Sequence record: LR756508.1 | Strand: one strand, 5' to 3' | Length of the DNA stretch: 64,000 nt | Shown: positions 57,607 to 64,000 of the stretch, piece after piece | Position numbering within the stretch: position 1 is the stretch's first letter | How the letters are laid out: every line of letters begins with the position of its first letter | Notes under the pieces: model-generated | Seen by the model: the letters and a program-made list of their open reading frames with translations, nothing else | Databases searched by the model: none | What the model was told of the DNA's origin: nothing | Position numbers and translations under genes: made by a program

Positions 57607-58386
57607 ATGAGATTTAAAAGACTTTTAGATCAAAAAGAAAAACTAAAAAAGATCGAGTCTCTTCTCCAATCTGATTTCCGAGGTTCGCTGTATCCAACAA
57701 TTTATCGAGGAACCCGCAGTTCAGTAGACGTTTTTGACGTCCTGAAAATAAGAAAAGATAGAAAGCCCTCAGGCACCAGACTTGAAGCCCAGGGACTTGT
57801 TGATGCCTATGAAAACAACGTCTATAAAGACTGGCCAAAAAGAAGTGAAAGTAAGTTTGGCTCGCCAGATCGAGTTTCTGCAGGAGGATATGGGCCACAT
57901 GAGGTAGTTGTGTTTCCAGAAAAATCGGCAGATGTATGCTGGATTGAATACGATCCTACCACTGAGTTTTTCCACGACAGTTACAGCGCTTTGAAGACCA
58001 TTATCGATTCTAAAATGTTTGGAGAGTTTTTGGACGTTTTGGAAACAAATGGCTTCGAGAAGCTAAGTCAATTTTTGTATAAAACAGAAAAGTTCTATCG
58101 AGACGAGATAAGTTATGAAAAGTATAACAAGTATCTGAACGATAATATTGAAAGGCTGAGAAGTAAATATGAAGACTTGAAAAACGAAAAGACTGAACTC
58201 CAACATCAAAGAGGAGAGCTGCTGAAGGTTTTTCGGGCTGTTGAAATGTATTTTTCCACGCTTAAAGAGGGAGCAAATAAGGGGGCTTATGAAATTATTT
58301 TTGATGGAGAAAGATATTTGAGGATAAATGCTGACCTGTTTGAAGATAACTTTTCTTGGAGTGGAAAAAGGTGGAAGGTGAGTTAG
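57607..58386 (+). CDS. Putative ART-fold protein, paralog 6 (subgroup B)
   Basis: MRFKRLL; IYRGT...PKRSESKFGSPDRVSAGGYG...VVFP...YEIIFDGERYLRI. Confidence 0.55.
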   Translation: MRFKRLLDQKEKLKKIESLLQSDFRGSLYPTIYRGTRSSVDVFDVLKIRKDRKPSGTRLEAQGLVDAYENNVYKDWPKRSESKFGSPDRVSAGGYGPHEVVVFPEKSADVCWIEYDPTTEFFHDSYSALKTIIDSKMFGEFLDVLETNGFEKLSQFLYKTEKFYRDEISYEKYNKYLNDNIERLRSKYEDLKNEKTELQHQRGELLKVFRAVEMYFSTLKEGANKGAYEIIFDGERYLRINADLFEDNFSWSGKRWKVS

Positions 58387-58452
58387 GTTTTTTTGATATT
58401 TAATATTAAACGAACGATTAAATACAGCTAATTAACTTAAATGTGAGTGCTT

Positions 58453-58671
58453 ATGCCAGCGAAGTCAAAAAACCAGAAGCATTTTTTTCAACTTGCCTTA
58501 GGAGTTAAAACAGGTTCAATTTCTAAAAGTGAGGTTTCAAAAGATGTAGTAGATGCGGCAGAAAGCATGAAAAAGAGCGATTTGGAAAAGTATGCTAAAG
58601 AGCCAGTGAAAGAAAGGGTTTTACACATAATACGCGAAGAGCTACAAAAAATCCTTTCCAACCAGAGATGA
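58453..58671 (+). CDS. DUF3008-like small protein with C-terminal leader-like helix
   Basis: MPAKSKNQ...AESMKKSDLEKYA, then KERVLHIIREELQKIL. Confidence 0.6.
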   Translation: MPAKSKNQKHFFQLALGVKTGSISKSEVSKDVVDAAESMKKSDLEKYAKEPVKERVLHIIREELQKILSNQR

Positions 58672-58801
58672 AACCCAATGAGAAGCCTGAGAGATTTGGA
58701 TAAAAAACTAAGTTTAAACAATAGTATTATTCAGTTTCTAATTCTATTACTTATTTTTCTGTCGGCTGCATATATGTTTATGTTTTAGACTTGACAAAAA
58801 A

Positions 58802-59575
58802 ATGAAGTTCAAAGAGCTCTTAAAAGAGCAGAGCGTCGAAAAATTAAACAAGTTATTGAAAGAGGAGTATAGAAATGATGTTAAAAATCTGGTATACCGA
58901 GGCACCTCTACGTCAGTTGAAAAGTTTGACGTTCGAAAAATAAGAAAAGATAGGACGCCGAGGGATACGCCAGAAATGGTTGAAGCTATTGTTTCAGCCT
59001 TCGAAAATAATTTATATGATTCACAGCCAAAGAGAAGCGAGAGTAAGTTTGGATCTGCTGATAGGTCGGCAGTAAGTCAGTATGGAACCCATCAAGTTCT
59101 GGTTTTTCCAGAAAGAGACGCAGGCTTGAAGTCACTTAAAACAGACTCTACACCTACCTATTTTATGCCAGCTTACCATTCAATTGAGTCTGTTTTGATG
59201 AGCGACCGGTACGATCAGATCTTAAAAGAACTTGCCAGCGAAGGCTTAAAAAATTTGGTTTATTTTTACGGACAAGCTCAAGAATATCAACTTGAGGAGC
59301 TAAATTATGGAAGCTGGAAAGCTTATTTAAATAAAGAGATCAAGAAAATTCTTAAAGATGTAAATAAGGCTTCTTCTCTTGATATTTCTGAGGACGTAGT
59401 AAAAGACATAGCCTATAGTTTTCGAAGTATAGAAAGATATTTCAAGAATTTAAAGGAGAACGTAGGAGAAAGGGACAAGGAAGTTATTTTTGATGGAGAA
59501 ACTTATCTTAGAGTAGATCCCAAATATTTTAAAGATCACTTTATGTGGAGCGGAAATAGATGGCTGCTTTCTTAA
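58802..59575 (+). CDS. Putative ART-fold protein, paralog 7 (subgroup B)
   Basis: MKFKELLKE; VYRGT...PKRSESKFGSADRSAVSQYG...LVFP...KEVIFDGETYLRV. Confidence 0.55.
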   Translation: MKFKELLKEQSVEKLNKLLKEEYRNDVKNLVYRGTSTSVEKFDVRKIRKDRTPRDTPEMVEAIVSAFENNLYDSQPKRSESKFGSADRSAVSQYGTHQVLVFPERDAGLKSLKTDSTPTYFMPAYHSIESVLMSDRYDQILKELASEGLKNLVYFYGQAQEYQLEELNYGSWKAYLNKEIKKILKDVNKASSLDISEDVVKDIAYSFRSIERYFKNLKENVGERDKEVIFDGETYLRVDPKYFKDHFMWSGNRWLLS

Positions 59576-59598
59576 GAAAGTTAGAGTGTGATCGGGTT

Positions 59599-59892
59599 AT
59601 GACTAAACACGAAATTTTATACTACGAAGCCCATAAAAAAGGGTACGTAAACGAAAGTGAAATTAGGTTAGATCAAATTAATTTTCTTACCACTCTGGGC
59701 TACCTGGAAAAAAAGGAAACTGAAGTCCTGGGGGATCTGCAGACAAAACCGAAATTGACTGGTAAAGGAAAGAGGTATATTAAAGTTGTTCACGAAATTG
59801 GGGGTCACGAGAACCTACGGAAATTAACCTTGAAAGAGTGGGATTATTTAGAAAAGAATACAATGTTGCGTAGAGACTTTTTAGCCGAGTAA
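59599..59892 (+). CDS. Small winged-helix-like protein, paralog of the next gene
   Basis: KLTGKGKRYI...EIGGHENLRKLTLKEWDYLE. ATG at 59599 preferred. Confidence 0.5.
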   Translation: MTKHEILYYEAHKKGYVNESEIRLDQINFLTTLGYLEKKETEVLGDLQTKPKLTGKGKRYIKVVHEIGGHENLRKLTLKEWDYLEKNTMLRRDFLAE

Positions 59893-59904
59893 TGGAGAAA
59901 CTCC

Positions 59905-60228
59905 ATGACCGAGCACAAAATACTCTGGATTACAAATTTAAGGGGGTATTTTTGTCTTGTTTCGCCAGAAGAAAACTTTGAGGCTGATCTAATTTATGAG
60001 AGAAGAGTCGAGCAGCTTTCAAGAAATGACTTCTTATGGGAGAATGTCGTCAAGGAGAAGGGGCTTATTAGAAAAGATTTTCATCTTACCGACAAAGGTG
60101 ATGTGTATATTCTCCAGGTGGAAGAAATAGGAGTAGAAAATTTGCTTAAATTGACGGAAGAAGAGTGGAACTATATAGAAGATAAGACTCTTTTGAAAAG
60201 AGAGTTTTTGAATAACGATGAAATCTAA
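59905..60228 (+). CDS. Small winged-helix-like protein, paralog of the previous gene
   Basis: HLTDKGDVYI...EIGVENLLKLTEEEWNYIE. Confidence 0.5.
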   Translation: MTEHKILWITNLRGYFCLVSPEENFEADLIYERRVEQLSRNDFLWENVVKEKGLIRKDFHLTDKGDVYILQVEEIGVENLLKLTEEEWNYIEDKTLLKREFLNNDEI

Positions 60229-60240
60229 GGATATATTTAG

Positions 60241-60867
60241 TCAGGTTCTGTTTTCTAATTCATGAAGATACTCTTCATACTCAGTCACGGAAACTGGATT
60301 ATTTTCGGGGAGCTTGAACCACTCAGGATGTTCTAATCTTGTATTAATCACTTCAACTGCTCCCTCAACATAAAGGTCTTTTGCATTTCCAGGAATATTC
60401 CATAAGTTGCTATTCTGAGATTCCTCGTCCATCCATAGAATTTCTTCTTCGTGTCTAACCTCGCCTCTCGCAATTTTATCTGCGTTGAACACACGCTCTC
60501 GAAGCTTTAGCGTCTGCTCAAGTTTATTGTTCAATAACTTTTGACGTAGCGACTTAGAAAAGTTATTTAAGTAATCGTCTTTGTGGGTATGATGTCTTTT
60601 TCTTATATTGTCAATAGAATCTTTTTTTGATCTCGGAAAATATTTACTTCGATTCTTTTTTTCAATGCGACCGTCAACCCATTCGTATCCAGTTCCTTCC
60701 GCCACATAGAAGTGAGTCAAGGCAGCTTCCCGAGAAGAAAAAATCATCGGATAGGTTACGATGCAGTGGTAAATTTTTCTTGTGAGTTCATCCATATTGA
60801 ATAATTCAAGGCTGGTCAGCTTTACTTTAAATAGAATTTGGGGACAGTAGGAAAACTGATAAAGCAC
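60241..60867 (-). CDS. Hypothetical protein, the only credible minus-strand gene
   Basis: 208 aa ORF filling an otherwise empty gap, divergent from 60952. The true start may be further inside. Confidence 0.6.
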   Translation of the reverse strand: MLYQFSYCPQILFKVKLTSLELFNMDELTRKIYHCIVTYPMIFSSREAALTHFYVAEGTGYEWVDGRIEKKNRSKYFPRSKKDSIDNIRKRHHTHKDDYLNNFSKSLRQKLLNNKLEQTLKLRERVFNADKIARGEVRHEEEILWMDEESQNSNLWNIPGNAKDLYVEGAVEVINTRLEHPEWFKLPENNPVSVTEYEEYLHELENRT

Positions 60868-60927
60868 TCAGTTGTTCCGTCATAACTGAACTAATTTGAA
60901 CGAAAAGTCGTATACATACATATTGAG

Positions 60928-60946
60928 TGTATTACAATTGTATTAC
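60928..60946 (+). promoter_or_regulatory. Candidate RHH operator
   Basis: TGTATTAC-AAT-TGTATTAC direct repeat containing the palindrome TACAATTGTA, 5 nt before the RHH gene start. Confidence 0.45.
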
Positions 60947-60951
60947 TATAT

Positions 60952-61818
60952 ATGGAAAAAATGCTTAATGTAAGACTGACGAAAGAATTAGAGGAGTTCT
61001 TGGATTCTCGATCTAAGAACAAATCAGAATACGTGAGAGATCTTATAAACAAGGATATGTTGGAAAATAGAGAGATTGATCCTAAGAAGGAGTATGATAT
61101 GTGTTCTGAAGACCTGCTTTATTTTGCCGAAAATTATTGTTATATTAAGAATTCAAATGGAAGTAAGAAGGCATTTGAACCTTACCAGTTCCAAAAAGAG
61201 ATTCTCCAAAATCTGTCTAATAACGAATGGCTTTTGATCGTCAAATCAAGACAGTTGGGGATAACTACAATCTTAGCTATTTACAGCCTCTGGAAAGTTT
61301 TATTCCATTCTGAGATAAATGTTTCTTATGGTTCTCCAAATAAGGATATGAATTCAATCTTTTTAAATGAAAGAGTGTCTTTTATTTATGAGAACCTACC
61401 AGACTGGATGGTAAAGCCAAAGCTACGATCTAAAAGATTTATAAAGGTTTTTCAAAATAGATCCGAGCTCATGGAAATCCCACCGAGAGGTCACAAAGGA
61501 AAAGGCTACGACGTGGCTATTTTTGACGAGGTTTCATTTATACCTGAGTTTGTTAGAATGTGGAGTAGAACTAACATGCAGATAAATCATCCAGATGGTC
61601 AAGTAATTCTTACCACTAACGGGATAATTAAAGAAAGGGAAAACTATGATGCACTAAAAAAGTTTTATAAGAAAAGTCAATTTAAGAACCTGGAGTATTC
61701 ATATCTTGATCATCCAGAAAGAGATGAAGATTATAAAGATGAAATAGTGGAGGGTGGAATTATGACACATGAAAAGTTTCTCAAAGAGCACGGCGGCTTG
61801 GTAGAGATAAAGGGTTAA
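60952..61818 (+). CDS. Ribbon-helix-helix domain fused to a terminase-like ATPase domain (no nuclease domain)
   Basis: MLNVRLTKELEEFL...NKSEYVRDLI (RHH); YFAENYCYI...IVKSRQLGITT...IFDEVSFI parallels gp17 at 17950. Confidence 0.75.
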   Translation: MEKMLNVRLTKELEEFLDSRSKNKSEYVRDLINKDMLENREIDPKKEYDMCSEDLLYFAENYCYIKNSNGSKKAFEPYQFQKEILQNLSNNEWLLIVKSRQLGITTILAIYSLWKVLFHSEINVSYGSPNKDMNSIFLNERVSFIYENLPDWMVKPKLRSKRFIKVFQNRSELMEIPPRGHKGKGYDVAIFDEVSFIPEFVRMWSRTNMQINHPDGQVILTTNGIIKERENYDALKKFYKKSQFKNLEYSYLDHPERDEDYKDEIVEGGIMTHEKFLKEHGGLVEIKG

Positions 61819-61906
61819 AAAATGTGGAATTGCCTGCAGGATGTTCGCTTAAAAAAAATGAGAATCATCTAATTGGCGAATAGAATCCATATCAAATATA
61901 TTTATA

Positions 61907-62224
61907 GACACGTTCAAGAAAACCCTCGGCTTTAGCCGAGGGATGAATTGAACCACTTTGAGCAAGAAGACGAAGACAGAAAACGACCAGATATAGTGAC
62001 AGGAAAGCTGGTCTTGGAAAGTATGTCGAGGAAACCCGTCTACCTGGAGTTCATGGCGTCTCCCAGGGAAGTTCTGCAAGCTCCGATCTATTGGAGTTCA
62101 AGAGCTTTCATGTAGCTCGCGGAGTGGAAGTCACTGCAAGCTCAAACTTCTGCTAAGAACGCGAGAAAGATGCTTTGGAGATCTTGGAGCAGAATCTCCT
62201 CGCTTTAGCGAGGGGAGACGTCAA
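61907..62224 (+). mobile_element. Non-autonomous IS200/IS605 mini-element, copy B (left end + probable omegaRNA scaffold + right end)
   Basis: Left hairpin CCCTCGGC-TTTA-GCCGAGGG then ATGAATTGAACCACT. Right hairpin TCTCCTCGC-TTTA-GCGAGGGGAGA then CGTCAA. No transposase or TnpB ORF. Confidence 0.8.
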
Positions 62225-62260
62225 TGGATAGGATGATTAAATAAAGAAGAGAACAAAAAA

Positions 62261-63139
62261 GTGTCGCTTACTAATCAAAAGTCTTCGAAGAGTATCCGAG
62301 GCCAAAAGTTCGAAAGTTCAACTGGTACTCTTTCAAAAGTCATTTTGAGACTCGGATTTGTTTTTGGCGATCATGGAACTGTTGAATATATGTTTCCTGA
62401 TCATCAAGGTTCTGATAAAGTTTATGACGCTAACAAATTCTTCAGAGTTATAGAAAACGGAAGACGGTTCAAAGCCTGGGTCAAATCCAACGAGAAGTCT
62501 GCTAAAGAAGAGTTTGAAGAAAACGGCATAAAATACAATCAAAAAGCAAAACAGTTTGATAAAACAAATGTAGGTATCCTGCTTCCTGTGTTTCGTGGAG
62601 AAATGAATGTCAGGCGAGGAGTGTTGTGGCATGAAGAGGCAGGAACAGATGTATCCTCTATTTGTGATGTGATGCCATCAATAAAGTCTTTTGTCTTAAA
62701 CCAGCTTAAAAAGAAAGGTAGCATGAAGAGCAAAAAAAGAGACCGTTACAAAAAAGACGTCAAAGAAAAGAAAATTAGAGAAATAGTAAGGAGTGAGATT
62801 AAAAAGCACTTGAACGAAGCTGATGATGTAGAAAACATTAATAATAAAGTTCATGAGTTTTGGAAAGAACTCACTGTTTTTAATACTAAGATTGCTGAAA
62901 ACTATTTTCAAGATATTGCTACCGATTTAGATAAGATGCAGACGACTTGGGATAAATCTGGAAGGGTTAAAAAAGAGTGGATGCAACTCAAACAAGAATT
63001 CAATTCTTTTATCGAGGGTGTTAACCGTTACAAATCATTTTTTAAAGAGACCATGGACAGCCAGTCCATATCAAAGGTAGAAGATACAGAAGATGGATAC
63101 TATCGTGTAGAACGAGGTGGCGACTACCATGAAATGTAG
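62261..63139 (+). CDS. Hypothetical two-domain protein with internal leader helix
   Basis: Internal KEKKIREIVRSEIKKHLNE. GTG start. Confidence 0.55.
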   Translation: MSLTNQKSSKSIRGQKFESSTGTLSKVILRLGFVFGDHGTVEYMFPDHQGSDKVYDANKFFRVIENGRRFKAWVKSNEKSAKEEFEENGIKYNQKAKQFDKTNVGILLPVFRGEMNVRRGVLWHEEAGTDVSSICDVMPSIKSFVLNQLKKKGSMKSKKRDRYKKDVKEKKIREIVRSEIKKHLNEADDVENINNKVHEFWKELTVFNTKIAENYFQDIATDLDKMQTTWDKSGRVKKEWMQLKQEFNSFIEGVNRYKSFFKETMDSQSISKVEDTEDGYYRVERGGDYHEM

Positions 63140-63199
63140 TTTAAGACTAACTTAAACCACTACTAAAGTCGACTTTAGTAATTCACAGTGAAAGATAAT

Positions 63200-63526
63200 A
63201 TGCAACTTTCCGAAGAAGAGCTTAGAAATATTGTAAGAGAAGAAGCAATTTACGGGGTCAAAGAAAAAGAGATTCTTGACTATTTGGAGGAAGAAATCTT
63301 GTCAATGTATGAGGACTATTCAACCGAGCGAAGCGGTGATCTTCTTCTCGTCAATGACGAAAAAGGAGAAACGTTTGAGATTGCGGTGAAAAAAGCTCTT
63401 GATGTGAACCCAACAGTAGAAGTTCGTTACAGTAAACTGGAAGACTCTAAGTATGCCAGTAGAAAAACGTTCTACCTAAGTCAAGTTGATGAGTTGAAGC
63501 ACACGTTGAAACACCGCCAGTTTTAA
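63200..63526 (+). CDS. Leader-motif small protein
   Basis: MQLSEEELRNIVREE. ATG at 63200 preferred over GTG at 63188. Confidence 0.6.
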   Translation: MQLSEEELRNIVREEAIYGVKEKEILDYLEEEILSMYEDYSTERSGDLLLVNDEKGETFEIAVKKALDVNPTVEVRYSKLEDSKYASRKTFYLSQVDELKHTLKHRQF

Positions 63527-63558
63527 GCATTTAAAACTTTTTCTAAAAGAGATATCAC

Positions 63559-63828
63559 ATGAGGCTGAATAAAGAAATTATTAGGGGAGTAGTTGAGGAA
63601 GAACTTGCTGAAGTTAAACTTAGAAAGAAAGTAAGAGAGAAAGCTAAAGATATAATCAAGGAAAAAGAAAGAAGAAAAGCTGCTTCTCAGGCTCTTAATG
63701 GGATCCAGTCTAAAATCAAAGAGCAGAAGAAGAATATTCCAGATGAGTTTAAAGACTCTCTTGGTTCAGAACTTGATAAATTGAGTGAGAAAATTCAACA
63801 GTTGATGGGAGACTATAACCTAGAATAA
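63559..63828 (+). CDS. Leader-motif helical protein
   Basis: MRLNKEIIRGVVEEELAEVKLRKKVREK. Confidence 0.6.
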   Translation: MRLNKEIIRGVVEEELAEVKLRKKVREKAKDIIKEKERRKAASQALNGIQSKIKEQKKNIPDEFKDSLGSELDKLSEKIQQLMGDYNLE

Positions 63829-63839
63829 AAAGAGTTAAT

Positions 63840-64000
63840 GAATGTCCAATAAATCCTGCGGCTTTAGCCGCAGGATGAATTGAACCACTTCTACATACAA
63901 CTAAGTTTTGTTTTTAGAATTTTCTTTTAAATCACATGAAACTGACGAAAACGTTGAAATTTAAGCTTGAAGACCTTTCAGGCCACGACAGGTACATTTT
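63840..64000 (+). mobile_element. Left end of an IS200/IS605 element, truncated by the window end
   Basis: TCCTGCGGC-TTTA-GCCGCAGGA hairpin plus TGAATTGAACCACTT, the same left-end layout as copy B. Confidence 0.75.
63936..64000 (+). CDS. 5' end of a probable TnpB-like ORF
   Basis: MKLTKTLKFKLEDLSGHDRYI directly after the IS left end. The T-L-K-F-K-L start is TnpB-like, but only 21 codons are visible. Confidence 0.45.
   Translation, partial: MKLTKTLKFKLEDLSGHDRYI

Noticed and set aside
61849-62079. Minus-strand 76 aa ORF across mini-element B
   Set aside because: It is not conserved as an ORF in copy A and has no protein motif. The conservation is at the nucleotide and structure level.
677-62911. 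Numerous short minus-strand and nested ORFs in the track
   Set aside because: They overlap well-supported + strand genes and read as antisense shadows of Lys/Glu-rich codons (Phe/Ser/Leu-rich).
1-64000. Genome-wide TAG reassignment (alternative genetic code)
   Set aside because: Many genes end in TAG with the next ATG 0-1 nt later (5886/5888, 8946/8948, 29123/29124). Long genes are intact under the standard code. Only one internal TAG was found.
1-64000. CRISPR array or tRNA genes
   Set aside because: No regularly spaced identical repeats were seen, and no cloverleaf with T-loop/CCA was recognised in the intergenic gaps.

Overview
This window is the virion-morphogenesis region of a large T4-like (jumbo or huge) myovirus, almost all on the + strand. 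It carries gp46/47-like recombination nuclease, terminase gp17, portal gp20, prohead protease gp21, scaffold gp22 and major capsid gp23, plus fibres, holin-like genes, three glycosyltransferases and a phage-encoded ribosomal protein bS21. The bS21 gene, the acidic proteins and the lack of obvious Shine-Dalgarno sites suggest a Bacteroidota/Rhodothermota host, possibly halophilic (inference). Notable features: (i) about 30 genes share an N-terminal helix ending in L/I-x-E that resembles a capsid-targeting, protease-cleaved leader; (ii) seven tandem paralogs with that leader and R...S/T...YG...E motifs look like an array of virion-packaged ADP-ribosyltransferases; (iii) five inteins sit in head-assembly genes (three in the portal), plus one C-terminal Hint domain; (iv) three non-coding IS200/IS605-derived mini-elements keep the ends and a probable omegaRNA scaffold, and a related, probably tnpB-coding, element starts at the window end; (v) there are unusual fusions: ParB-NTase-ligase, RHH-terminase ATPase and endonuclease-methyltransferase. 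All assignments come from motif reading by eye; no database searches were run.
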